DNA of 62,970 bases, filler included, from Thraustochytrium aureum (Eukaryota): the NCBI GenBank assembly GCA_012862495.1. It is 5 parts of 3 records of this genome, joined end to end, with 100 filler letters (N's around TTAATTAATTAA, not from the genome) between each part and the next. Parts side by side here need not be neighbours in the genome. Positions count along the whole stretch, not along the records: positions 28,780 to 49,416 come from BLSG01000124.1; 4 more parts are not named here. One strand, 5' to 3'. The translations under genes were made by a program, and so were the position numbers. Below the pieces are notes generated by a model. That model was not told the DNA's origin, did not search any database, and worked only from the letters and a program-made list of their open reading frames with translations. This document shows, in pieces, positions 36,687 to 48,275 of this stretch (positions within the stretch are counted from its first letter, which is position 1; every line of letters begins with the position of its first letter).

Positions 36687-37487
36687 ATGGCGGCCTTGGG
36701 AAGACGGCGCCCGGAAGGGAGCGGACGGCTCCTAGACGGCGTGGATGGAGGCGAGAACGAGGGGATTGTGTACTCGTTGGTCGCGTGCGGAGGTAGCGTG
36801 CTGGCAGAGTACACGGCGACGTCGGGGAACTTTCCGACTGTGACGCGCGTGCTGCTTGGCAAGATTCCCGATATCGACGGCAGGATGTCGTACGTGTACG
36901 ACAGCTACGCGTTTCACTATGAAATCGAGGACGGTATCACGTATTTGGTGAGTAGTTTGCGGCGCGGAACGCAGGCCCCGAGCGTCGGGCGCGACTGACG
37001 ATGCCGGCACCAGTGCCTTGCCGACGAGCGCCTCAAGCGCCGCGTCCCCTTTGCGTTTCTCGCAGACATCAAGGAGCGCTTCAAGGCGGCCTACTCGGCC
37101 GAGGCAGCGCACCACGCAGTCGCTCTCGCGATGAACGACGACTTTGCCCGTGTTCTCAAAAAGCAAATGGAGTACTATTGCGAACCGGGGGCAAATCACC
37201 TTGCTCGGGTGAAAGAGCAGGTCGAAGCGCTCAAGGGCACGATGGTGGAAAACATCGAAAAGCTGCTCCAGCGAGGCGAGAAAATAGAGCTGCTGGTCGA
37301 CAGGACGGACCGCATGCAGCACAGCGCGTTCAAGTTTGAGCAGGCCTCGACTGCGCTGCGCCGCTCAATGTGGTGGAAGAGCGTCAAGCTGTTCCTCGCA
37401 GTGGGATTGCTGGCGCTGATTGTGGCCTACGTCATCGCCGCGAGCGCTTGCGGCGGCTTTGACTTTGCCGGCTGCTCCAGCGCCTAG
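36687..37487 (+). CDS. VAMP7: Longin R-SNARE VAMP7/VAMP71; intron 36948-37013
   Basis: Longin IVYSLVA..VLAEY..GNF..RMSY.YD.YAFHY..DGITYL|CLADE..RRVPFAFL. R-SNARE MVENIEKLLQRGEKIELLVDRT. MWWK followed by a C-terminal TM helix. Confidence 0.95.
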
Positions 37488-37833
37488 GTGGAGCCTTCTG
37501 TGTGCAGCCGAGTGTCGTCGCAGCTGCCGCCTCGTCTGCCCAAGCGCTAAAAAGGGCCTACCCCAGCAGCCTCACCGAGGAAATACATGTTGGTATAGGA
37601 AGCGTAAGCGGCAGAATGATGTTTTTTTTGTTGTTGTTTTGTTTTTCGAAATAGTGAACAGCGAGTGTCCAGAACGCCGCGTGCAGGCGTGCGCAAAAGC
37701 AGCGCGGCATCCGAGGCGATGACGCGACGCATTGACTTGTTCTTGTTGAATGAGCAGCAAAAGCAGAGCACACAAACAGATTTCGATTCCACATTGTGGT
37801 ACTCGTTTTTTGCACCATGCCATCCGCATCAGC

Positions 37834-40505
37834 TCAGCGCTTCTTTCGGCGGTTGCGGCCGCTGCGACCCGAACGCCCAGAGCGCCCTCGCTTGCGCCCA
37901 TCACCGTCAGCGCTGTCGTTGCCCTTCTCGCCACGCGACGGCGAGCTTCCGAGCTTGAGCACGCGTCCGGACGAGAGCCGTATGCCAGAGTCGTCCGCAG
38001 GTCCGCTGGCGTCTGCTCCGCCAGCATGACCGCGCCCGGTGTCAACGCGGTCGACTTCGGCCGCCGACGGACCAGGGCTTTGGCGAGGCAGACTTCGATC
38101 CTCAGGCCGGCGATGGGGAGAAGAGGACCTCACGCGCTTGGCAGGAGGGCTCCTCTCGCGGCTCCCTCCTCGCGGTGGGCTACGATCACGGCTCCCTCCT
38201 CGAGGAGGGCTCATGTCGCGGCCTCCTGTTCGAGCCGGGCTCCGGTCGCGACTTCCTGCACGCGGAGGGCTGCGGTCACGGGTCCTAGCTCGCGGAGGGC
38301 TGCGGTCACGGCTCGCAGCTCGCGGAGGGCTGCGGACACGAGCTCCACTTCGATCGCGCGGCGGGCTCCTTTCGCGGCGGTCGCGACCTTGGCCGCCGGC
38401 GCGATCGTCGATTCGAGAATCGCGTTGCCCACGCCAATCACGGTCGTCACGGTAGTCGCGCCGATCACGCGGGTCGTGTCGAGAGTCCCGATCNNNNNNN
38501 NNNNNNNNNNNNNNNNNNNNNNNNNNNNNNNNNNNNNNNNNNNNNNNNNNNNNNNNNNNNNNNNNNNNNNNNNNNNNNNNNNNNNNNNNNNNNNNNNNNN
38601 NNNNNNNNNNNNNNNNNNNNNNNNNNNNNNNNNNNNNNNNNNNNNNNNNNNNNNNNNNNNNNNNNNNNNNNNNNNNNNNNNNNNNNNNNNNNNNNNNNNN
38701 NNNNNNNNNCCCATCGCGTGGACCTCGCATGTCGCGGGGTGCTTCACGGGGATCTCGCATGTCCGGGGATCACGCATGCCGTTGTCACGCTGGTCGTGCA
38801 TGCCGATGTCGCGCGGGTCGCGCACGCCGTTGCCACGCGGGTCGCGCATGCTGTTGTCGCGCGGGTCGCGCGGGCCGTTGTCGCGCGGGCCGTTGTCGCG
38901 CGGGTCGTTGCCATCTTGCATATCGCGGTCGCGGTCGCGCTTTCGGCCACGTCCGCCACGTCGGCCGCGACGGCCGCGACCACCTTCGGCGTCGCGAGTT
39001 CGAGGTTCGCCTGGGCCACCGTGGTCAGGCCGGGCGCCGTTGCCGTCGCGATCGACCCCACTTTGGACTTCATACGGACGGCCAGCTGGCGGCGCGAGCC
39101 GGTCGTGGACGTCGACACCACCGACTAGGTATTTGGCGATGGAAGCGCCAGGCGCAGGCGTGCTGCGGCCAGGCGAGTCCTTGCCAGACTGCGATTGCTT
39201 TTCGTCACTATTACTGGTACCATCCGCCGGATCCGGCTTGTCCGCGGCGGCCGTGTCCTCGTCGCCTATGGTGGCGGCGGCGGAGGGCGACTGCGCTGCC
39301 TCCTCTTTCTTGCCCGACAGGTCGAGCACGGCATCCGGCCGGTTGAAAGACTTTTGGTCGACGAGCCGCTGCTGGCGCTCCTTGTCCGCTGCAGCTGCGG
39401 CCTTCTCAGCGTCGGCGGCCGCGTTCTTCTCGAGCTCCTCGCGCTGCTCGCTGATAAACACCTGCACCTTCTTGCGAAGCTCTTGGTTTGGCGCGAGCCG
39501 GTCGAGCAGGATGCCGCGCGTGTTACAAAGTGGGCATTCGAATGAATTCTTAACGAGAGATTGTTCTATGTCCTCGCTAGACACGTTCTTGCCGCAGCAC
39601 GGCAGCGTGACGCAGTCCTTGAGCAGGCTTCCGCTCAGCGCGCACAGCAGCTCCGCAGGGATGTCCCCCTTGGCAATGCGTTTGCGCACCTCGCCCTCGC
39701 TCAATTTTGTGGTCACGCCGCCGCGCTCCTTTACGCGCTGCTGAAACTTGGCCGAGTCGGACGAAAAGCGGAGCCATCCGCCGCCGCCACCGCCGCCGCC
39801 GCCCGACCCGGCCCCGCCGCCTCCGGCGGGACCGCTCGCCCCCTTCTCGCCCTCCGTACCCTCGTCCTTAACCAGAAAGTTTTTCGGAATCCCAATGTTG
39901 GCGCGGCGCTCCTGCTCGGCCTGCTTGACCATCGTCATCTTCCCAGCAAACTGGGTGAACCCTCCTCGGGCGCCCATGCTCCCGCCGGGCCCCATGGCCG
40001 GTTGGTTCTTGCGAATCTCCTGTCGCTTTTTGTGCTGGTCCACCTTGGACCGCTGCTGCGCCAGCTCGGCGAGCTGGTTGAGCACGTCGCCACCAGTCTC
40101 CTCCGGGTCAGCAACCACGGCGCTAAAGACGTCGCCGCCGAAGGCGTCCAGCTCGGCGCTGTCTGCGGCTCCGCCAGCAGGCCCGCCGGATGCGGCTGCG
40201 GGTCTGGCTCCGCGGTTCGCGTCGCCGCGCATGCGGGCGAGCACGCCGTACGACGCCGGGACGCGGTTGATGATCAGCCTGCTGTTTTTCGGTATCTTGG
40301 TGTCGTCTCCGCGGTACACCTCCTTGGTCTGGTCGTTGGTGATGACCAGGTCAAAGTCGGCTTGCTGCTTGCTCAGCCGCCTCTGTTCCACGATCCTGCT
40401 CGTCAGGTCGCCGAGCGTGATGTAATTCCCATTAAACTTGACCAGGCCCGGCTCGCGCATCGACTTGAACCTAAAAATCACTTTGGACGTCATCTCCCCA
40501 GCCAT
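37834..40505 (-). CDS. RBBP6: RBBP6/Mpe1-like protein (DWNN + degenerate RING) with RD/RS repeat tail; gap 38494-38709, frameshift ~38763
   Basis: DWNN VIFRFKS..FDLVITNDQTKEVY..IPKNSRLIINRVP. GIPKNFL. IPAELLCALS..LPCCG..FECPLC..LAPNQELRKKV. Confidence 0.88.
38135..38345 (-). repeat. Coding 30-bp tandem repeat encoding (R-D-R-S-P-P-R-x-G-S)n in the RBBP6 tail
   Basis: About seven units visible in the translation (RDRSPPRAGS and variants). Confidence 0.8.
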
Positions 40506-40950
40506 CGCGGCTCCAACCGACCGCCTCGCTGCGCCCCTGCGCCACCTGCCGCCGCGCTGCCGCCGTGCAACGCCCCGACAGTCGCGCTCCCTCCCTCCTC
40601 CGCTCCCCCCGACAACCTCAACAAACAACACCACCACCACCACCGCCACCACCAACAACAACAACAACCGAGCAAGCAAAAGCGCCCCGCCCACAGCAGC
40701 GCCTGCCGCGCGTACCAGCAGCAGCACCAGCAGCACCAGCAGCAGGCCCGGACCCGTGTACCGCGCCTAGCGCAGCTCCCCGCGCAGCTCAGCTCCGCCG
40801 CCCGCCCGCTCAGCTTCCGGCTCTGCCGCAGGCCGCGCTGCCGCAGCTAGGTCCGCAGCACCCTAACCCGACCCTCTATATATTACACTACCCGCTATTG
40901 TGGGAGGGATAGCGGGGCAGAGAGGGGTTACGGGCGGGCGGACGTGGCGT

Positions 40951-41011
40951 GGGATGGAGGGCGGGATGGAGGGATGGGGGGATGGGAGGGATGGAGGGAT
41001 GGAGGGATGGA
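40951..41011. repeat. (GGATGGAG)n purine-rich repeat in the divergent RBBP6/B56 intergenic region
   Basis: Directly visible, imperfect. Confidence 0.8.
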
Positions 41012-42051
41012 GGGCGGGGCGGCGGGTTGGTCAGTCGCGGTGCGAGAGGCTAGGCTGTGTTGGCCGCGCGAACCGCCGCGGTTTTCGGGCAGGAGTGATT
41101 GCACGCGCATGCATGGAGCTTGCTTGCTTTGGAGACCGAAGCCGGCCGCGCCATTGGCCACGGCGCTCGGGAGGCGGAGAGCGTTGGCCGTGTTCATCAC
41201 TCGAGCAAAGCCAACTTATTTTATTTTATTGACTCGAGCGAGTCGCGCAAACCAGAGCTAGGCTCCGTTCGTCCATTTTCCGGTGGCCCTGCGTTCGGCC
41301 AGTCGAGGCCCTAGCTTGAGGTGCCCCCTTGTCCATCGCATGTGGAGCGTCACTGCTTGCAATTGCAACGCGTTCCATGCTCTGGCAGCCTGCCCGTTCG
41401 ACGCTCCTGGAGGGAAAAGCCGTGGAGAGGAGCCATTCCGCGTCAATTCAACTCGTCTCGCTGGAAAAGCAACCAAAGCAGCCCAGACCCCGCAACGACA
41501 AGCTCGCGACCTCCGAGCGGCCGTCCCGTCGCATCCCCTCGCGCGGCGCGCCCTCCTGCGCGAGCTCCCCCTCGTATGTTTCTTTCTCTCTGGAGAGCAA
41601 GGCCAATCTCTACGAAGTACGTCGGTCGGGTCGCTGTCCCATCGGCGCACCTGGGCATAACAAAGCGCAAACCGGCTATTTTGAACAGCACAAAAGTGCT
41701 TTAAAAGCACGTTAAAGGCCCGGTTTGTGCCGCGACGGCGCACGCGTGGCTGACCCGTTACTTGAAGACGGCTGAACGAGGAGCGAGGCCGCCTATACCC
41801 GAAACACGCCGGCAACAGCAGCAGCGGCGGCAGCGGTGCGTGCGGGCGTGGTGCGTGCGTGCGTGCGCGCGTTCGTGCGCGGGTGCGTGCGGAAGCGGTT
41901 GTTGAGAGCTTTCTGCTGGCAGAGCGCTGCAGTGCGCGAGGAACAACTGGTTTCGGCGACCGAGGCCGTTGGGACAAGACAAATAGCAAAGTGATTGATG
42001 CACAGCGACGCAAAGCCGGAGACGCTCGGCAATACGCCGACGTGAAACGAG

Positions 42052-44789
42052 ATGGGGAAACAAGTCGATGCAGGGCCAGCGGCGCCCATGCAGGGCCTGG
42101 CGAGGTTTGCGCTCGATGACGCTCCGTGGAAGGCTTGCCAAGTTGTGCTCAAGGACGCGGAGCAAAGCGTGGTCCTCGTCGAACGCAGCGCCGAAGGCCA
42201 AGACGGAGAGCAGCGGACTCTACCAGTGGCCCTCGTTGGCGGCCTCCACGAAGCCACCGTTGATATTGTCGGTGGGGCGCCCACAGCCAGTGGGAAAGCT
42301 GTTCGACTCAACCTTCGCAGCAGCCCAGGACACCCATCAGACACCCGCGACGAAACGAAACAAGGCGAGGAAAAGGCTCCCTTAGAAACAGCCGAGGTCC
42401 GCACGAGCGTGCTTCGGCTCGCGTTCGAAGATGGCAGCACAACGCCGATGTGGGTCGCCAGGCTAAAGCGCGCCTCCTTCCCGCCGGGCGCGCTCTGGGC
42501 GAGCCGGCCCCAGCAAGACATCTCCAAGTACGCCATCTCAAGGCTTGAGTGCGACAAAGTGGGCTCGGTCTGGAAGGCGGAAGGCACTCGCACGAGCGTT
42601 CTGATAGACTCGCTGCAGCTCTGCAGCCGCAACGCGCTCAAAGAGCAGAGTGGAAGCCCCGAGTCGCTCCTGCTCCTGTTGCGGCTCAAAACCTTTGGGT
42701 GCACGCTGTCGATGGATCGCGTGGCCGCCGAATTCGACGAGCCGGTGTGCGCCGACGTCGCGCTGCTAAAGTCCCAGACCCTGCGCGAGCTGCTTGCTTT
42801 CGTGTCCGAGGCCGCAGGCTCTGGCATCATGCTTGACGGACAAGCATTCTCGGACTTTATGGAGATGATTGCCATCAACTTGCTGCGCCCACTCCATGTT
42901 TTCCAGGCAGGGAACGAGATGCTGCAGGTGAACGGCAGACTCAACCCTGCGAGGCTCTGCAAACCCGGCGCTGGCCTCAAACCGCCATCTGAGGAGACGC
43001 CGCACTGGGACCACCTCGCGCTACTCTACGAGCTTCTCTTGAAGCTTGTCGGAAGCAACGTGTGCGAGCTGGAGACGAAAAAGCGGTGCGTGCGCGAGCA
43101 GTTTTGCCGCGACTTTCTGCAGCTCTTTCGCTCAAGCGACGCGCGAGAGCGCGAGTATGTCAAAACGATCACGCATTGCATGTACAGCCGGCTTGTATCG
43201 CACCGCGGGGCGATGCGCCAGGGAATGGCCAACGCACTGCTCGAGTTTGTGTACGTTTCGCGGCACCATGCTGGGGTGGCTGAGATGCTCGAAGTGTACG
43301 GCTCCGTTGCGAGCGGGTTTGCGACGCCGATCAAGCAAGAGCACCGGGTGATGCTGTTTCGGTGCCTTTTGCCGCTCTACTCTGCGCGAGGGGCAGAGTT
43401 TTTCCAAGAGCAACTGAGCTTCGTGCTGCTCCAATTCATGACCAAGGAGCCCGAGCTCGTCGTGCCCGTTCTGCTCGCGCTTCTCAAGTACTGGCCCAAG
43501 CGCAGCGCCGCAAAGCAGATCCTCTTTCTTGGCGAGGTGGGCGAGGTCGTTGGGTTCATGGAGCCGCGTCACTTTGAGGCCGTGCGTACAAAGCTTGTGC
43601 GCCGGCTCTGCGCGTGCATACCTGGACCGCACTTTCAGGTCGCCGAGTACGCGATGGGCCTTCTCAACAACAACTATCTCTACGCGATGATCTTTGAGAG
43701 CNNNNNNNNNNNNNNNNNNNNNNNNNNNNNNNNNNNNNNNNNNNNNNNNNNNNNNNNNNNNNNNNNNNNNNNNNNNNNNNNNNNNNNNNNNNNNNNNNNN
43801 NNNNNNNNNNNNNNNNNNNNNNNNATGATCTTTGAGAGCGCGGATGGGCGCCGAGACCTGATCCCCGACCTGCTTTCGCTCTGCGCTCCGCGGCCGCCTC
43901 GTGGAACCCGGCTGTCAAGCAAATCGGGAACGACATCATTGACTTTTTGCGCACGCTCGACTACGACCTCTTCCTGGAGAGCGAGTCGCTATGCCTCGTC
44001 CGCGAGGAGAAGAGGGCCCGCTCCTCAAGCGACGCCCTCGGGGAGGAGCTGCAGCGCGCCTCTCTGGCTGCTGCTGCAGCGAAGCCTGGCCCTCGCGAGC
44101 CGGCATCTGCGCCCGCGCCCGCGCCAGACCGGCTGAAGGCTGACGGGGCCGCAGCCTCGCAAGCGACCGGTACCAACTTCCCGCTTTCCCCGAAGCGTTC
44201 GCTGGTGCCTAAGGTGAGCGCTGCCAGAAAGCAGGACGACGGGGACGAGCGCCGCGCAGAGTCTCAGGCCCAGGCTGAGACTGGGCGCCAGCAAAAGGGG
44301 AGGATACAGCTGCCGCCCGGTATGGCGGTTTCGCTTTCCACCCGAGCCGCCGAAGTGGAGCGAAAAGCAAACAACAACAACAACAACAACGAGGACGAGG
44401 ACGCTGCAAACGAGCAGGGCGCGGACAATCGGCCAGGCAGCTGGGAGGGCCCAGCTAATGCGGCAGGTTGTGCCGCCGGCCAGATTGCGCAGGGCCCGAG
44501 CGCGCCCAGCAACCATGACGACGAGCAAGAGCCTGACACAAACGATGAAGACCAAGCCGAGGACGAGCAGGCCGCCCGCGGCAGCGAGGTCGCTGCAAGT
44601 CCCGAGACGAAACACGAAGACGAGCCGCGCCAGCCGCCGGGCTGCTCGCAAAAGCAAATTCCAGCAACATCAACATCTCCCATAACAGGGCGCCGCCTTT
44701 TAGCTGGCGAGGGCAGCCTGGGCGGCACCGCTGCACACGATCTCGATCCGTGCGTTGACCCGAGCGGGGGCGAGACGCCGGTCATGTAA
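42052..44789 (+). CDS. PP2A regulatory subunit B'/B56 family with PH-like N-terminus and low-complexity tail; false gap 43702-43824, frameshift ~43876
   Basis: INLLRPL, PHWDHLALLYELLL, LFRSSDAREREYVKT, HAGVAEMLEVYGSVASGFATPIKQEH, LLKYWP..KQILFLGE, HFQVAE, then WNPAV after frame correction. Confidence 0.88.
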
Positions 44790-44834
44790 GCCAGGCCACC
44801 ATCATATATTGTAGAATAGAGAGTAGAGTAGCGC

Positions 44835-44864
<30 letters not shown>
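44835..44864. repeat. (CAT)10 microsatellite
   Basis: Directly visible 3' of the B56 stop. Confidence 0.92.
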
Positions 44865-44865
<1 letters not shown>

Positions 44866-45362
44866 GTATTTTTCTTGCACCAGATCACAGCGTGCAGCCC
44901 AGCCCAGCCCCTGCCGCCTCCGTTTGGCAACGGCTCGGCATGCGCGGAGCGCTCCGTCAGCGAGCCCCATCAGATACATCCGAAATCATGAGCTCGATCG
45001 AAAGAACAGAGAGAACGCTGTTGCTTTTGGGCGGAGTGCAAGCTGGCAGACGCAGAAACGAACGCCGTCCAAGCAGCCAGCCGCGCGCGGGGGTGCAGCC
45101 TGCGGGGGCGAGGGTCTAGGCGGATAATCCGGGCGAGGAAGGGCGCCGGTCGCGCTGCGGCACGTAGCAAAACATCGCAGCAGCACGGCAAGGACTCGCC
45201 GCAGGACCGCATCCTGGTCCCTGGCAACGCGCTCCGCGTGCTCAGGAACTCCGCCTTCTTGGGATTGGTCCTGCACAGCGAGGGGTCATCGCTTCCCCAA
45301 AGCGCGCCTGCCGTTGCCGCCGGAGCGGCTGCCTGTTGCTACGGGCTCCTGTGGACGCCGCG

Positions 45363-47113
45363 ATGGAGGCCCTCTCTGTAAGTGCGTTCCAGCAGGGCAA
45401 GGCCGACGCGGACACCCTGCGCGTGCTGGTGGCCACGGACAACCACCTTGGGTACATGGAAGAGGACTCTGTGCGCGGCGACGACTCTTTCACAGCGTTC
45501 GAAGAGATCCTCATGACCGCACGGCAGTGCAACGTGGACTGCATCATCCTGGCGGGCGACCTCTTCCACATCAACAGGCCAACCCGAGCCACCATGACCC
45601 GCACTATGAACTTGTTCCGGAAGTATTGTATGGGCGAGCGCGACGTCGACCTCGTTGTGCGCGGGACGTTTGCGCACGAGTCCGGGCTCGTCAACTTTGA
45701 GGATGAGAACGTCGCGATCGACTTGCCCGTGTTTGCCATCCACGGCAACCATGACGGCCGCACTCGCGAGGGCGCAATGCTGCGCTCACTGTCAGCCCTC
45801 GACCTGCTCTCCGAAGCCCGCCTCATCAACTACTTTGGGTTTACCGAGACTGTGGAAGGGCTCGTGCTGGAACCCGTTCAGATCGAGAAAGGGCTCGCAA
45901 AGCTGCGGCTCTACGGCATGGGGTGGGTGCGCGACGAACGGTTACACCACCTGTTCGAGGCGGACAAGGTGAAATTCAGGACAGTAAAAGGCGGGGACGG
46001 CGAGGAGGGCGAGGAGATGCGCGCCTGGTACAACATGATGCTCGTCCACCAGAACCGCGAGCAAAAGGGGCGTGGAACGAAAAACTGCTTCCGGGAGGCC
46101 TTTATCCCCGATTTCATGGACCTTGTTGTGTTTGGGCACGAGCACGAGTGCATCATTGAGCCACAGGAGATGCTCCAAACGAGAACTGCCTGCTCTCGCA
46201 GCCCGGGAGCTCGGTGCGCACCTCGCTCTCAGACACAGAACAGGAGCCAAAGCACATCGCCGTCCTGGAGATCAAGCTCGACCCCCAAGACGTGGCCCCT
46301 GTCTTGTCCAGCCTTACGAAGATTCCGTTGCGCACGCTTCGTCCGTTCAAGTTTGAGGAGATCGCCCTCAGCTCGCACGCAGAAGAGCTCATGGGCAGCG
46401 CCAAGGAGCTCCTCGAGCAGACCGAGAACCTTCTTGCCCGGCACGTGACCCGCATGATCAAGGAGGCGCGCGAAGAGTACCGCCAAGCGCGGCCAGACCT
46501 GCGCGAGGAGGAGGCCAAGCGGATGCTCCCGCTCGTGCGCCTGCGCGTGGAATACGCCGGGTACCAGCCCATCAACTCGCAGCGCTTTGCGGCTCGGTTT
46601 GCCTCCAAAGTGGCCAACCCAGGCGATATTTTGCAGTGGTACAAGAAGCGCGCCGCTACGGCACGTTCTGAAAGGCCAGGGGGCGACATTGTTGACGTGG
46701 AGGACCTCGCGAACGAGCTCCAGAACCGCATGCCCGCCGAGGAGGTCATTTCGGCCCTGGTCGAGGGAGTCCTTTCGCAAACCAAGGAGCCGCTTAGCTT
46801 GCTTGCCGAAGCGGAGCTGAACCAGTCGATACGCGGGTTTGTGGACAACACTGGCTCTGCAAAATCGATCGAGCTGTTTTTGGACGAGTACTTGGAGTCA
46901 CGCCAGCAAAAGCTCCTGGACGACGATGACGTGGACGCCGACAAGCTCGACGACGTAGCGTCCAAGATGCTCACCGACAAGAATGCGCGCAACAAGGAGC
47001 TGGCAGCGAAGGCGCGCGCCGCAGAGCGCGTCAAGGAGCGCGCTGAGGCGGCCAAGGCGCAAGCCAAGGCGCAAGCTCGCGCTCTTCGCGGCGACGTTGG
47101 CGGCGACGATGAA

Positions 47114-47145
<32 letters not shown>

Positions 47146-47179
47146 CGAACTCATACGGTTTGGAGCGCCTGCCGCGCCG
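45363..47179 (+). CDS. MRE11: Double-strand break repair nuclease MRE11 (frameshift ~46178; 3' end in gap)
   Basis: Phosphoesterase motifs LVATDNHLG, AGDLFH, IHGNHD, VHQNR, FGHEHEC. QPGSSVRTSLS after frame correction. IPLRTLRPF, LPLVRLRVEY, RF..KVANP. Confidence 0.95.
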
Positions 47180-48060
47180 NNNNNNNNNNNNNNNNNNNNN
47201 NNNNNNNNNNNNNNNNNNNNNNNNNNNNNNNNNNNNNNNNNNNNNNNNNNNNNNNNNNNNNNNNNNNNNNNNNNNNNNNNNNNNNNNNNNNNNNNNNNNN
47301 NNNNNNNNNNNNNNNNNNNNNNNNNNNNNNNNNNNNNNNNNNNNNNNNNNNNNNNNNNNNNNNNNNNNNNNNNNNNNNNNNNNNNNNNNNNNNNNNNNNN
47401 NNNNNNNNNNNNNNNNNNNNNNNNNNNNNNNNNNNNNNNNNNNNNNNNNNNNNNNNNNNNNNNNNNNNNNNNNNNNNNNNNNNNNNNNNNNNNNNNNNNN
47501 NNNNNNNNNNNNNNNNNNNNNNNNNNNNNNNNNNNNNNNNNNNNNNNNNNNNNNNNNNNNNNNNNNNNNNNNNNNNNNNNNNNNNNNNNNNNNNNNNNNN
47601 NNNNNNNNNNNNNNNNNNNNNNNNNNNNNNNNNNNNNNNNNNNNNNNNNNNNNNNNNNNNNNNNNNNNNNNNNNNNNNNNNNNNNNNNNNNNNNNNNNNN
47701 NNNNNNNNNNNNNNNNNNNNNNNNNNNNNNNNNNNNNNNNNNNNNNNNNNNNNNNNNNNNNNNNNNNNNNNNNNNNNNNNNNNNNNNNNNNNNNNNNNNN
47801 NNNNNNNNNNNNNNNNNNNNNNNNNNNNNNNNNNNNNNNNNNNNNNNNNNNNNNNNNNNNNNNNNNNNNNNNNNNNNNNNNNNNNNNNNNNNNNNNNNNN
47901 NNNNNNNNNNNNNNNNNNNNNNNNNNNNNNNNNNNNNNNNNNNNNNNNNNGCATTGGAACTCACCGCCACGTCCGACCAGCAGGACAAAACGAAAACGAG
48001 CAAACGAAGCAATAGAACAAAGAACAGCACAGGAACCAACGCAGAGAACAAAAGAGCAGC

Positions 48061-48080
48061 TCCAACGGCTCCAACGGCTA
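48061..48080 (+). promoter_or_regulatory. Tandem MSA-like elements TCCAACGGC-TCCAACGGCTA
   Basis: 48070-48080 matches the plant MSA consensus YCYAACGGYYA exactly and lies about 200 nt upstream of ATG 48276. Confidence 0.42.
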
Positions 48081-48275
48081 CGTGGCTCGGCAGACCCCGA
48101 ACGACCAGCGAGCGAGCGAGCAGGAAGGGAGGGAGGGAGGAGGCGCGGCGATCGGCGGCCAGGACACGAGGAGGCGAGTGCTTGAGAGCGCGGCCGCCCG
48201 TGGTGGAGGCGCGAGCGCAGGCGCCCTGGCGGGGAACCGAGGAAGACCTGTCGGGCTTGGCCTGCAACAGCAAGG

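Noticed and set aside
41258..42013. Several 125-250 aa ORFs in the RBBP6/B56 intergenic region
   Set aside because: No motifs, overlapping in several frames and running into microsatellites. Consistent with chance ORFs in GC-rich DNA.
710..47179. DNA-repair or ubiquitin gene cluster (Wss1, UBA4, BTS-like, RBBP6, MRE11)
   Set aside because: Members lie on different scaffold pieces and are interspersed with unrelated housekeeping genes.
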